DNA of 64,000 nt, taken from contig CAVSAC010000010.1 of the NCBI GenBank assembly GCA_963725865.1, positions 224,001-288,000 of the forward strand, written 5' to 3'. The stretch comes from Candidatus Eiseniibacteriota bacterium. Lineage in GTDB: Bacteria; Eisenbacteria; RBG-16-71-46. The notes under the pieces are model-generated. The model made no database searches. It was not told where the DNA came from and saw only the letters and a list, made by a program, of their open reading frames with translations. A program made the position numbers and the translations under genes. Positions 40,917-52,562 of the stretch are shown here, piece by piece (the stretch's first letter is position 1; every line of letters begins with the position of its first letter).

Positions 40917-42605
40917 TCAGGCGGCCTGAGCCACCGCGGCCTGGACGGGCTCGGCACAGGCCAGCGACACCCTTGCGATCGTGCCTCGCCCGCGCACGCT
41001 CTCGTAGCGCAGCGTGCCGCCATGGCGTTCCACGATGCGCAGGGCGATCGCCACACCCAGGCCGGTCCCCCCCTCCTTGGTCGTGAAGAACGGCTGTCCG
41101 ATCCGCGGCAGATCGTCCGCGGCGACGCCGGATCCCTCGTCTTCGAATTCCACCGCCACCTGGTCCCGGCCCACGTCGCGCCACCGCACCGTCAGCGTGC
41201 CCGCTTCGGGCATCGCCTCGAGCGCGTTCGTGACCAGGTTCAGCCATACCTGTCGCATCTGCTCGCGGTCCGCCTGGATCGTCCGCGGAGCGGCTCCGGG
41301 CTCGAGCCGCACGACCACGCCGGGCGCCCGGCGCGGATCGCGGCTCACCACCTGGACCAGTTCGCCCAGCGTGTCCCCGAGGTCCAGCGTCTCCAACGCG
41401 AGGTCGCGTTCGCGCGAGTACGTCAGGAGGTCGGAGACGAACCGGTTGAGCCGGTTGCACTCCGTCGTGATGAGGTCCATGAGCACGGCGCTCTCGCCCG
41501 TGAGCTTCAGTTCACGCTGCAGGTACTCCACCGAGCCGCTGATCGGCTTCAGGCCGTTGCGCAGCTCGTGCGCGATGCCGGCCGCGAGCGCCCCGACCTC
41601 GGCCAGGGTCTCGTTGCGACGCACGCGCCGCTCCATCTCCCGCACCTCGGTCAGGTCCTGGAACACCGCCACCACGCCGGTCACGGCGTTGTCGTGGGTC
41701 AGCAGGCTGGTCGACATCCCGACCGGCAGCGGACGATCCGTCGCGGTGCGCATCTGCAGCTCCGCGCGCACCCGCGAGCGCGCCAGCGTGCGCGACTCCT
41801 CGATGTGCTCGCGCAGCGGGGCGAGGCGATCCGGCAGCGCCTCGGCCAGCGCGCGTCCGCGCACGGCGAGCGAGCGCACCCCGAGCATCTGCTCCGCGGC
41901 CGGATTCAGGTACGCGATCCGCCCCTGAGCGTCCACGGTCAGCACTCCGGAATTCAGGTGGCGCAGGATCGCGTCGTTGTCGAGCCGCACGCGGTCGAGC
42001 TCGCGCGCGGTGTGCTCGAGGTGATCGCGGGTGCGCTGCACGCGGTCGCCGAGCACCCCGGCCAGCACGCCGACCATGCCGAGGAACGGGAACAGCAGCA
42101 TCGGCCCCGGCAGCGTCGAGAGGCCCGCATCGCCGCCCATCCCGAACATCGACTCCAACCACGGCAGCGCGATGATCGCGCCCCACCCGCCCACGGCGGC
42201 GAACAGTCCGCCCGGAACCCGCCCGAGCAGACCGCCGGCGATCGCCACCAGGGCGTAGAACATCACGAACTGGCTGGCGCGCCCGCCGGTGAAGCCGGCG
42301 AGCGCCGTCACGAGTGCGAGGTCGGCCAGCAGCTGCAGGTACACCTGCACCGTGTAGCCCCGGCGCAGGCGCACCCCGAAGCCGAACAGCGCGGACGCCA
42401 CCCCCAGCGCCATCAGGGCGCCGCCCAGCAGCCACCAGGCGTTCGTCGGCGCGTCCGGGCGGAGCAGGATCCCGATCGGCAGCGCGAGCGAAGCGATCAC
42501 CAGCCGCGAGCGCAGGACGGACTCCAGGCCCTTCCAGCGGTCGGAAATGACCGCGGTGGACCCGGGCGTCGCCGCGCCGGGTGGGAGGTCGCGGGCGAGC
42601 TTCAT
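40917..42605 (-). CDS. pilS: Sensor histidine kinase (PilS-like)
   Basis: About six TM helices, PAS domain, AHELRNGL, NLVTNA, DEGSG, GTGLG. Confidence 0.88.
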   Translation of the reverse strand: MKLARDLPPGAATPGSTAVISDRWKGLESVLRSRLVIASLALPIGILLRPDAPTNAWWLLGGALMALGVASALFGFGVRLRRGYTVQVYLQLLADLALVTALAGFTGGRASQFVMFYALVAIAGGLLGRVPGGLFAAVGGWGAIIALPWLESMFGMGGDAGLSTLPGPMLLFPFLGMVGVLAGVLGDRVQRTRDHLEHTARELDRVRLDNDAILRHLNSGVLTVDAQGRIAYLNPAAEQMLGVRSLAVRGRALAEALPDRLAPLREHIEESRTLARSRVRAELQMRTATDRPLPVGMSTSLLTHDNAVTGVVAVFQDLTEVREMERRVRRNETLAEVGALAAGIAHELRNGLKPISGSVEYLQRELKLTGESAVLMDLITTECNRLNRFVSDLLTYSRERDLALETLDLGDTLGELVQVVSRDPRRAPGVVVRLEPGAAPRTIQADREQMRQVWLNLVTNALEAMPEAGTLTVRWRDVGRDQVAVEFEDEGSGVAADDLPRIGQPFFTTKEGGTGLGVAIALRIVERHGGTLRYESVRGRGTIARVSLACAEPVQAAVAQAA

Positions 42606-43819
42606 CCGTTGCCGCCCGCCACCACGCTGATGAGCTTGAACATCGGCAGGTACATCGCGACCACCATGCCGCCCACGATGCCGCCCATGAGCACGATCAT
42701 GACCGGCTCGATGATGGACGTCAGGGTATCGACCGCGGTGTCGACCTCCGACTCGTAGAACACCGCGATCTTCGTGAGCATCTCGTCCAGCGCGCCGGTC
42801 TGCTCGCCGACCGAGATCATCTGCACGACCATCGGCGGGAACACGCCGGACTGCTTGAGCGGTGCCGACACGGTCTCGCCCTCGCGGATCGACGTACGAG
42901 CCGTCATGATCGCCTCGGCGATGATCTTGTTGCCCGCGGTCCGCGCGGTGATCTCGAGTCCGGAGAGGATCGGCACGCCCGAGGCGATCAGGGTGCCGAG
43001 CGTCCGGGTGAAGCGGGCGACCGCGCCCTTGAGCAGCACGTCGCCGAGCACCGGCATCTTGAGGAGTGCCTGGTCGACGCTGCGCTTGCCGTTCTCCGTG
43101 GCGTAGAAGCGGTTGAACGCGACCACCGCGGCTCCGCACAGCAGCAGGCCCAGCCACCAGAAGGACGACAGCGCGTGCGACATCATGAGGACGATCTTGG
43201 TCGGCAGCGGCAGCTCGCCGCCGAAGTCCGAGAACATCTTCGCGAAGGTCGGGATGATGAAGATGAGCATGAAGGCCGTCGCACCGAGGGCCACGGTGAG
43301 CACGACCACCGGGTACACCATCGCGCTCTGGATCTTGCGCTTGAGGGCGTCGGCCTTCTCGATGTACGTCGCCAGACGCATGAGGATCTCGTCCAGCACG
43401 CCGCCCGCCTCGCCGGCGGCGACCATGTTGCGGAACAGGTCGTCGAACACCTCCCGGTGCTTGCCGAGCGCGTCCGACAGCGTCGAGCCGGCCTCGACCT
43501 CGCGGGTGACCTCCGCGATGACGCGCCCGAACGACGGCTTGCTCGACTGCTTCGCGAGGATGTCCAGGCACTGGACGAGCGGCAGGCCGGCCGAGATCAT
43601 CGTCGCGAACTGGCGCGTGAAGATCGCGAGGTCCTTGGTGCTGACCCCACCGCCGCCGAACTTCGGCAATACGAAGCCGCCCGACTTCGGCCGCAGCGAG
43701 GTGACCAGGATCCTCCGCTTGCGCAGCGCGTCGAGGGCCTCCTCCTGGCGCCCGACCTCGATCTCGCCCATCTGGGCCTCGCCCGCGAGCGTCCGTCCCT
43801 TCCACACAAAGATCGCCAT
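42602..43819 (-). CDS. pilC: Type IV pilus platform protein
   Basis: FTRQFATMISAGLPL, AGEAGG.L, GEQTGALDEML, AMYLPMF. Confidence 0.95.
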   Translation of the reverse strand: MAIFVWKGRTLAGEAQMGEIEVGRQEEALDALRKRRILVTSLRPKSGGFVLPKFGGGGVSTKDLAIFTRQFATMISAGLPLVQCLDILAKQSSKPSFGRVIAEVTREVEAGSTLSDALGKHREVFDDLFRNMVAAGEAGGVLDEILMRLATYIEKADALKRKIQSAMVYPVVVLTVALGATAFMLIFIIPTFAKMFSDFGGELPLPTKIVLMMSHALSSFWWLGLLLCGAAVVAFNRFYATENGKRSVDQALLKMPVLGDVLLKGAVARFTRTLGTLIASGVPILSGLEITARTAGNKIIAEAIMTARTSIREGETVSAPLKQSGVFPPMVVQMISVGEQTGALDEMLTKIAVFYESEVDTAVDTLTSIIEPVMIVLMGGIVGGMVVAMYLPMFKLISVVAGGNG

Positions 43820-43830
43820 GGTGTCGTCTC

Positions 43831-44908
43831 CTACGCGGCGGTCCGGAGGACCTTGCCGAGCATGCCTTCCAGCTCGACGCGATCCATCGACCGTTCGAGG
43901 GCGTCCTCGGAGGTGAGCTGTTTGTCCAGCACCGCCTGTAGGAGCGCCTGGTTCATCGTCTGCATGCCGAACTTCTGCCCGGCCTGCATGAGGCTGTAGA
44001 TCTGGTGGGTCTTGCTCTCGCGGATGACGGCCTTGATCGCGGGCGTGCACACCAGGACCTCGGCGCACATCACCCGCCCCGTGCCGCGGCTGCGCGGGAT
44101 GAGCTGCTGCGTCACGACGCCCTCCAGCACGAAGGCGAGCTGCGTGTAGATCTGCCGCTGCTGGTCGGCCGGGAACACGTCAACGATGCGGTTGACCGCC
44201 TCGTACGTGGAGTTGGTGTGGAGCGTGGCGAACACCAGGTGGCCGGTCTCGGCGATCGTGATCGCCGCCTCGATCGTCTCGAGGTCGCGCATCTCACCGA
44301 TCAGGATGACGTCGGGGTCCTGGCGCAGCACGTACTTCAGGGCGGCCGGGAACGAGGCCGTATCCGCGCCCACCTCGCGCTGATTCACGATCGACTTCTT
44401 GTGGTGGTGGATGTACTCGATTGGGTCCTCGATCGTCATGATGTGCGACTGACGGTTCGAGTTGATCCGGTCGATCATCGACGCCAGCGTGGTCGACTTG
44501 CCGCTCCCGGTCGGGCCCGGTCAGCAGGATCAGTCCCTTGTGGCGATTCGTGAAGTCGCGCACGATGGGAGGCAGGCCGAGCTTCTCCATCGCGAGGATC
44601 TCGTAGGGGATCTGCCGGATCGCCATCGAGATCACGCCGCGCTGGAGGAACGTGTTCGCGCGGAAGCGCGACAGCCCCTTCACGCCGAACGAGAAGTCGA
44701 GCTCCTTGGTGGTCTCGAAGCGCTTGCGCTGCTCGTCGGACAACACGCTGTAGGCCAGCTGCGCGGTCATCTCGGGCGTCAGCACGTCGTATTCGCTCGG
44801 AGTGATCGACCCGTCGACGCGGAACTCCGGCGGCACACCGGCGGTGATGTGCAGATCCGATGCCTTCTTCTGCACCATGTCCTCGAGCAGTTGTCGCAGC
44901 GTCACCAC
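43831..44908 (-). pseudogene. pilT: Retraction ATPase PilT with a +1 frameshift in the Walker A codons at about 44513-44518 (pseudogene or sequencing error)
   Basis: The N-part (ASDLHI, ELDFS, RFRAN...LILLTGP) and the C-part (TGSGKSTTLASMID, TIEDPIEY, LRQDPD, AETGH, GMQTMNQ) are in different frames. Span is 1078 nt (3n+1). Confidence 0.9.
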
Positions 44909-44956
44909 GTGAGCGTCCTCCGAATGGGGCGGCCGAGCCGCCGGGGGTCCTTCCTC

Positions 44957-46651
<1,695 letters not shown>

Positions 46652-46733
46652 GTCGTCCCGTTGGTGGGCGCCGGAGTCGCGCCCCGCGTCATGCGGGGCT
46701 GGGGCATGCACACGGATGAGCCGCGGCCACTCA

Positions 46734-46749
46734 CGCACGAAACATGCCG
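46734..46749 (-). promoter_or_regulatory. Possible sigma-54 promoter for pilB-T-C-S-R
   Basis: CGGCAT-GTTTC-GTGCG (GG-N10-GC). Confidence 0.45.
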
Positions 46750-46896
46750 TGCGGAACGCCTGTCCTGGGATGGCATCAGGCAGCGTGAGAGACCGAACCC
46801 ACGCGGTTCATCGGCACCGACGGGGTCACTCCTGAAGCGGAATCTGCACGTCCGCCGGGCCGGGCTCCGTGCACGATGCAGCGGCGCGGGCGATGT

Positions 46897-47319
46897 TCAG
46901 GGGCGTGTAAGTCCCACCGTGACGCGCTCCCGCAGGCGCTCCATCAGCCGCGGACCGATGCCGCGAACCGCCCGCAGCTCCTCGACCTGCAGGAACGGGC
47001 CGTGCGCGCTGCGATGGGCGACGATGCGGGCGGCCAGCACGGGCCCCACGCCGGGCAGGGCGTCCAGCTCGCCGACCGAGGCGCGGTTGAGGTCCACGCG
47101 GAAGACGGGTGGCGACCCCGGGTCCGCCGCGATTCGCCCGCTGTCGGCGGGCGCGGGCTCATCCGGCGTGCTCGCCGCTGGCGCCGGCGGCGGCGCGGAC
47201 GTGGCCGGCGGATCCGTGCGGGGGTGACGGGCGCACCAGAGGTCCCAGCCCGTCCCCAGCGCCAGCAGCAGCACGAACACCAGCGCGCCCCGGCGCTCCG
47301 CGGGCGTCAACGCGAACAC
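46897..47319 (-). CDS. comEA: ComEA family helix-hairpin-helix DNA-binding protein
   Basis: LT..ERR plus TM helix; VDLNRAS..ELDALPGVGPVLAARIV..R, V.GIG. Confidence 0.88.
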   Translation of the reverse strand: MFALTPAERRGALVFVLLLALGTGWDLWCARHPRTDPPATSAPPPAPAASTPDEPAPADSGRIAADPGSPPVFRVDLNRASVGELDALPGVGPVLAARIVAHRSAHGPFLQVEELRAVRGIGPRLMERLRERVTVGLTRP

Positions 47320-47354
47320 AGTCGGCCCTCCGCGGGGGCGGTGGACCGGGGGTC

Positions 47355-49136
47355 TCAGTCGGCCAGCGCCCAGCTCAGCGCGAAGCGGATCTCGCGCCCT
47401 CCGCCCAGCGCGGGCGCGCCGGTCACCGGGTCGATCCACGGCTCGCGGCGCCGCTCGGCTTCGAGGTTGCGCGCACGCACCGTCACCGTCGCATCCGCCA
47501 GCCGCAGAGCGACGGTCGCGCCACTCGTGACGTAGCCCGGCAGGCGCAGGGCCGGGTCGCCGTCCACCGAACGCGGTCCCTCGCCCGCGAGCTCCGCCCG
47601 CAGGAGCACCAGCAGGTCACCCTCGAACAGCCGCGCCCGCAGTCCCGCGTGCGCGCGGAAGCCGTGAGCCGGGTCCGGCGAACGCTCGCCATCGCGCTGG
47701 ACCAGCGCGAAGCCCTCGACCTCCGCGTCGAGGCGACGGCCCGCGAGCCGCACCGCGGCGGTGGTGAGCGCGAACGGCGCGCGTTCGCGCTCGCGGCTCA
47801 CCCCGGCGCGCAGCCACGCCTCGGTGATCGGCGAGCGCGACACCAGTGCACGGTCGCGCGTCACGCCGCCCGCGAACGCGAGCCGCGCCTGCAGCACGCC
47901 CTCGCCCGCCGCGACATCCAGGCCCCCTGCCCAGGTGCGTTGCAGGAAGGCGTCGACGCCGGGAGCACGGTCCGCCCACACCGGCGCGACCAGGCGCGCC
48001 ACCGACGCGCTGCTTCGCGTTCCGACGGCGCTGAAGCGATACACCGCGGCGGGCGCCAGCTGCCAGCCGCCCGTGCGATCGTGGTGCCCGAGTCCGAGCG
48101 TGGCGTCGAGCGCGCCGCCGCCGAGCGGGCGCTGGGCGCGGAGCGCGGCCCACGCCTCCTCCGCGCGCCGGTCGAACGCGTCCGCGTAGGCGCGGCGCAC
48201 GCGCGCGCGGTTCCAGCGCAGCGTCGCGTCCAGGAGCGTGCTGTCGACGCGCGTGCCGGCCGTGACGGTGACGCGGTTCTCGGCCGCGTCGCGCCGCGAG
48301 TACGCCATCAGTCCGCCGTAGCTCTCGCGCCCGTCGTAGCCACGCTCGAGCTTCGCGGCGGCGTGCCGCACGCCCGCGCTCCAGCGCCAACCGAGCTGAC
48401 CCGCCTCGCCCTTGCCGAACTCCGACTGGCCGAGCGAGGTGAGCTGCTGCGCCATCCCGCGCTGCACGTAGGCCGCCTCGAAGCGGTGCGGCCCGCGCAC
48501 GGTGCGCCCGCTGAGCCCCCACAGGTGGCGGCCCGCATCGCCGAGCGATCCGAACGCGCCGCGATTCCCCGCCGCCACCTCGGCCCGCAGGCCGCGATCG
48601 GCATCGCCGCGCTCGGCCAGCAACGTGGTCTCCTCCACGCCGCCGTCGCCGCTGGTGTACCCGAACACGGCCCGCGCACGACGCGCGCCGGGCAGAGTGC
48701 GCGTCGCGCTCACGCGCGCGAGCGCGTCCGCGCCCCCGCCGGCCGGCACGACCCGCACAGCGAGGGAGTCGAACCACGCGAGCGGCCGCGGATCGGCGCT
48801 CAACCCGGGCCACGGACTGCGGGGCGCGGCGCGCCCGTCGTCCGCCACCGTCACGCCGCCGACCACGAGGCCGGCGAAGACGGACGGGAATCCCGCGCCG
48901 CGCCAGCCACTGGGCGTGGCGCCGAAGCGTCCGGGCTCCGCCCACCAGGCGTCGGCCGACGGCAGCGCGGCCGCGCGCAGCGCCTCGCCGTCGGCGTCCG
49001 GGGCCGTGCCAGCGCGCGCGGGGAGCGCGCCCGCCCCCGAGGTCAGGACGAGAGCCGCGAGCGATAGTGCGCGAAGACGCGCACGAGCGGCGTGCCGAGC
49101 GCCACGAACAGCACGACGTTCCACCCGATGTGCCAT
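47355..49136 (-). CDS. Putative outer-membrane beta-barrel (porin or TonB-receptor-like); start uncertain
   Basis: Signal-peptide-like segment, alternating beta-strand pattern, LPGY...NL, C-terminal IRFALSWALAD. Confidence 0.55.
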   Translation of the reverse strand: MAHRVERRAVRGARHAARARLRALSLAALVLTSGAGALPARAGTAPDADGEALRAAALPSADAWWAEPGRFGATPSGWRGAGFPSVFAGLVVGGVTVADDGRAAPRSPWPGLSADPRPLAWFDSLAVRVVPAGGGADALARVSATRTLPGARRARAVFGYTSGDGGVEETTLLAERGDADRGLRAEVAAGNRGAFGSLGDAGRHLWGLSGRTVRGPHRFEAAYVQRGMAQQLTSLGQSEFGKGEAGQLGWRWSAGVRHAAAKLERGYDGRESYGGLMAYSRRDAAENRVTVTAGTRVDSTLLDATLRWNRARVRRAYADAFDRRAEEAWAALRAQRPLGGGALDATLGLGHHDRTGGWQLAPAAVYRFSAVGTRSSASVARLVAPVWADRAPGVDAFLQRTWAGGLDVAAGEGVLQARLAFAGGVTRDRALVSRSPITEAWLRAGVSRERERAPFALTTAAVRLAGRRLDAEVEGFALVQRDGERSPDPAHGFRAHAGLRARLFEGDLLVLLRAELAGEGPRSVDGDPALRLPGYVTSGATVALRLADATVTVRARNLEAERRREPWIDPVTGAPALGGGREIRFALSWALAD

Positions 49137-49534
49137 AGGGCGAACGGAATCCCTCCGAGGAGCGTGACCTTCATCTGTCCGAACACCACCCCGGTCGCCA
49201 GATTCGTGACCAGGTCGAAGAGCGCGGTGAGGACCACTGCGAGCGTCCCCATGGCGATCACGCGGGCCGCCCCCGGCGCCCGCACCAGCCCGAGCGCGGC
49301 GCTGATGCCGCCGGCCGCGCCCGCGCATACCTCGCCCGCCACCTGCGCCGCGGTGACCAGCGGATGCACGGGACCGTACGGGTTCAGGAGCGAGAACACC
49401 AACATCGTGAGGCCGCCCACCAGGACGCCGCCGCGCACGCCCAGGAGCACCCCCGACAGGAACACCACGAGGGTGAGCACCTCGAAGTTGGGGATGGTCT
49501 CGGCGTACACGCCGGTGAGCCCGGCCGCCACCAT
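49043..49534 (-). CDS. ECF transporter S component (CbrT-like); may start upstream at ATC 49582
   Basis: IPNFEVLT...SGVLLG..GG.LVG, small and very hydrophobic, FDLVTN, G.PF...H...N. Confidence 0.75.
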   Translation of the reverse strand: MVAAGLTGVYAETIPNFEVLTLVVFLSGVLLGVRGGVLVGGLTMLVFSLLNPYGPVHPLVTAAQVAGEVCAGAAGGISAALGLVRAPGAARVIAMGTLAVVLTALFDLVTNLATGVVFGQMKVTLLGGIPFALWHIGWNVVLFVALGTPLVRVFAHYRSRLSS

Positions 49535-49624
49535 GAGGGCGGCGTACGAGAGCCGGCGCGTGGACTGGCTCGCGGAAGCGATGGCGCGTGGTCTCCGGAG
49601 GGCGGGCGTCGAGGAGCGTGCGGC

Positions 49625-49654
49625 AGGTTAGCCGCGTCCCGCGGCGGGAGTCAA
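49625..49654 (-). promoter_or_regulatory. sigma-70-type promoter
   Basis: TTGACT-N18-TAACCT. Confidence 0.55.
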
Positions 49655-49664
49655 CGCCCGCGCG

Positions 49665-50510
49665 TCAGCCGGCGACGCCGGCCGCGTGCTTGAGGTGGGT
49701 GAGCACGCTCGCCGGCACCGGCAGCTCCCCGAGGTCGAGGCTACGGCCGGGGCCGTGGAAGTCCGAGCCGCCGGTGGCGAGCAGCCCGAGCCGCTGCGCC
49801 AGCGTCCGGTAGCGGCGAGTGAGCGCTGGCCCATGCTGCGGGTGCCACACCTCGATGCCGCGCAGGCCCTGGCCGGCGAGCCGCTCGATCAGCGCGTCCC
49901 CGACGGCGACGCCCGGGTGGGCCAGCACGCTCACGCCGCCGGCGGCATGGATGAGACTGATCGCCTCCTCGGGGCGGAACGCGGGCCGCGGAACGAACGC
50001 CTCGCCGCGCGCGCCGAGGAAGCGCTTGAACGCCTCGTCGAAGGTGACCACGTGACCGGCGCGCATGAGCGCATCGGCGAGATGCGGGCGGCCCACCACG
50101 CCGGGCGTCGCGCGCTCGAGGATGTCGGCGACGTCGACCGGCACGCCGAGCACCTCGAGCCGCTCGGCGATCGCCTCCGCGCGCTGCACCCGCTCCTCGC
50201 GGAAGTGCACGAGGCGCTCGCGCAGCAGCGGATCGTCGCCGTCGACGAAGAAGCCGAGGATGTGCAGGTCCAGCCCATCGGACAGCGAGGAGATCTCGAT
50301 CCCGGGCACCACCTCGATCGAGGCGCCCGCCGCGACGCGCGCGCGCGCGATGCCGTCGACGGAGTCGTGATCGGTGACCGCCACCGCGGCCAGCCCGCGG
50401 TCGCGGGCGCGCGCGACCAGGTCCTCGGGTGTCAGCAATCCGTCGCTGAAGATCGTGTGCGCGTGCAGGTCGACCCGCCGACCGCCCTCTCGCGCGGGCG
50501 GCCGGTGCAT
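49665..50510 (-). CDS. PHP domain phosphoesterase (TrpH/YciV-like)
   Basis: DLHAHT..SDG, TDHD, GIEIS, GRPH, LAHP, GGSDFHG. Confidence 0.92.
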   Translation of the reverse strand: MHRPPAREGGRRVDLHAHTIFSDGLLTPEDLVARARDRGLAAVAVTDHDSVDGIARARVAAGASIEVVPGIEISSLSDGLDLHILGFFVDGDDPLLRERLVHFREERVQRAEAIAERLEVLGVPVDVADILERATPGVVGRPHLADALMRAGHVVTFDEAFKRFLGARGEAFVPRPAFRPEEAISLIHAAGGVSVLAHPGVAVGDALIERLAGQGLRGIEVWHPQHGPALTRRYRTLAQRLGLLATGGSDFHGPGRSLDLGELPVPASVLTHLKHAAGVAG

Positions 50511-52501
50511 CAGAGATTCTCCAGCGTCTTGCGGAGGACGCGGATCTTCTGCGCCACGTCGGGGAAGGAGGGTTGGGCCGCGTAGACGCGCTCGAACTCA
50601 TCGAGCGCCTCCTGCATGCGGCCGGCGGCCTCGTGCGAGAGGCCCAGCAGGAATCGCAGGCTCACCTGGTGCACGGCGTCGGTGGCCGGATCGGCGAGCG
50701 CCTCCTCGAACGCCTGGGTGGCATCGTCGAAGCACCCCTGATCGAGCAGACAGCGCCCGATCATCTCCACCACGCGCTCGCGATACGCGGGGTCCTGCCC
50801 CGCGATCCGGAACGAATCCACCGCCTGCTCGAGCAGCCCCATCTCGCGGTACGCCATGCCCAGATCGTAGTGGCTCTGGGCGTCGCCGGAAAGCTGCGCC
50901 TCCACGCCCTTCTGGAATTCCCCGATCAACGCGCCCAGGTCGAACGTCACGGCCTCGCCGCGACCGACCGCGACCTCGACGCGCCCCGCTTCGGGCATGC
51001 CGGTCCCGCTCGGGGCGGCCTTCTCGGGGGCCGCGCTGGCGGGCGCCTCGCTCTCCTCGACCGCGGGCTCGGCCGGCGCCGCCGTCAGCGTGGCCACGCC
51101 CGTCCGAGCGCCCGCCGGCGCCAGCTTCTGCAGCCGCCGGCGGGCGAGCTCGTTGTCGCCGTCCAGCGCGCGCGCGCGCTCGAACCAGCCGAGCGCGTCG
51201 CTGCCATCGCCGTCGTTCAGGGCGCGGTCGCCGAGCTCGCAGGCCACCTGCGCCGCCTCGGCATGATCGCCGCGACGCTCGCAGTTGCCGAACCACAGCA
51301 GCAGCACGTCGTGGGTCGCGTGCGCGCTCTTGCCGAGGCTGCGATAGATGGTGGCAGCGCTGTCGAGCCGCCCGATCGCTTCGTACGCCCGCGCGGCGCC
51401 CGCCAGGGAATGGCTGGCCGCCTCGCGCTCGCCGGCCCGAAACGACTCCTGCGCCTGCGCGAGCAGGTGCTCGACCCGCGCCAGGCTCGGCGGCTCCTCG
51501 TCGCCGTCGGCGGGCGGGCTCGGCGCGGCGCCGAACGCGAGACCCGGAGCCTCCGGAGTGGCCCCCGCCGGAGCTCGGCCGTTGACGCCCGCGGCGGCGG
51601 CGGCCGCGCCCGGCTCGTCATCCTCGGACACGGCGATCGGAAGCCGCGGCGGACCCAGCGGGATCGCCGGGGTACTCGGCCGCTCGGTCGCCACGCGCGG
51701 CCCATCGACCTCCTCGCGGTGGCCGGTGCGCAGCGTCGGCGGCGCGGCCGCGCCCTCGTCGCGCATCGCCCCCCCGACGTGCATGTGGCTGTCGATCTCG
51801 AGCGGAGCGTGCGGATCGCGGCTCGTGGTCGGCGAGGGCACCGCGAGGGTGGCCACCTCGGGCGGTGCCGCGGCCGCGGCGTCCGATTCGCCGGCGGCGG
51901 GCGTGAATCCCGGCATCACCTGCTGGGCGCGGCGGCGGCAGCGGTCGGCGTCCGGGAGCTGACCGGCGCGATCGTAGAGCCGGCTCGCCTCGTGGAGCAC
52001 GCGGGCCGCCTCCTCGCGCTGGCCCAGCATCGCACGGGCCTCTCCCAGCTTCTCGAGCGCCTTGAGATTGTCGGGCGCGACCGCGAACGCCTTCTCGAGC
52101 GCACCGATCGCGCGCTCGATCTCGTTCTCCGCCACCAGCAGGTCCGCGTACTGCATCGAGTAGAGCCCCGCCTCGGTCGCGAGGCCGTCGAGCTGATGCA
52201 GGTTCGCCAGTCGCTCGAGCACCTCCATCGGTGCGAGCGAGAGACGCATCATCTTCTTGCAGACCGCGATCGCGTTCTTGTAGAGACCGTTGTGCTCGTA
52301 GGCGGTCGCCGCGGCGAGATAGCGCTGCGACGCCCCGCCGGTCTCCCCCTTCTTGTACAGAAGGTCGGCGAGGAGCACGAAGTTGTAGGGATCCGAGTCC
52401 TGTGCAGCGACGAGCTTCTCGTACTCGGACAGCGCTCCGTCCAAGTCACCGTTCTGGACGCATCGCTGAGCCCGTCGCTTGATCTCGATCGCCTTTTCCA
52501 A
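50510..52501 (-). CDS. Tetratricopeptide repeat protein
   Basis: Three TPR blocks separated by Ala/Pro-rich linkers; C-terminal SHYDLGMAYREMGL. Confidence 0.8.
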   Translation of the reverse strand: MEKAIEIKRRAQRCVQNGDLDGALSEYEKLVAAQDSDPYNFVLLADLLYKKGETGGASQRYLAAATAYEHNGLYKNAIAVCKKMMRLSLAPMEVLERLANLHQLDGLATEAGLYSMQYADLLVAENEIERAIGALEKAFAVAPDNLKALEKLGEARAMLGQREEAARVLHEASRLYDRAGQLPDADRCRRRAQQVMPGFTPAAGESDAAAAAPPEVATLAVPSPTTSRDPHAPLEIDSHMHVGGAMRDEGAAAPPTLRTGHREEVDGPRVATERPSTPAIPLGPPRLPIAVSEDDEPGAAAAAAGVNGRAPAGATPEAPGLAFGAAPSPPADGDEEPPSLARVEHLLAQAQESFRAGEREAASHSLAGAARAYEAIGRLDSAATIYRSLGKSAHATHDVLLLWFGNCERRGDHAEAAQVACELGDRALNDGDGSDALGWFERARALDGDNELARRRLQKLAPAGARTGVATLTAAPAEPAVEESEAPASAAPEKAAPSGTGMPEAGRVEVAVGRGEAVTFDLGALIGEFQKGVEAQLSGDAQSHYDLGMAYREMGLLEQAVDSFRIAGQDPAYRERVVEMIGRCLLDQGCFDDATQAFEEALADPATDAVHQVSLRFLLGLSHEAAGRMQEALDEFERVYAAQPSFPDVAQKIRVLRKTLENL

Positions 52502-52562
52502 GTTGGCTCGTCTCCGCGGGGCGCGCGCCGGGCGACGCCTCACCCCGGCTCCGTCGTCCCTG

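Noticed and set aside
49535..49664. Cobalamin riboswitch upstream of the ECF gene
   Set aside because: The leader is too short and has no B12-box.
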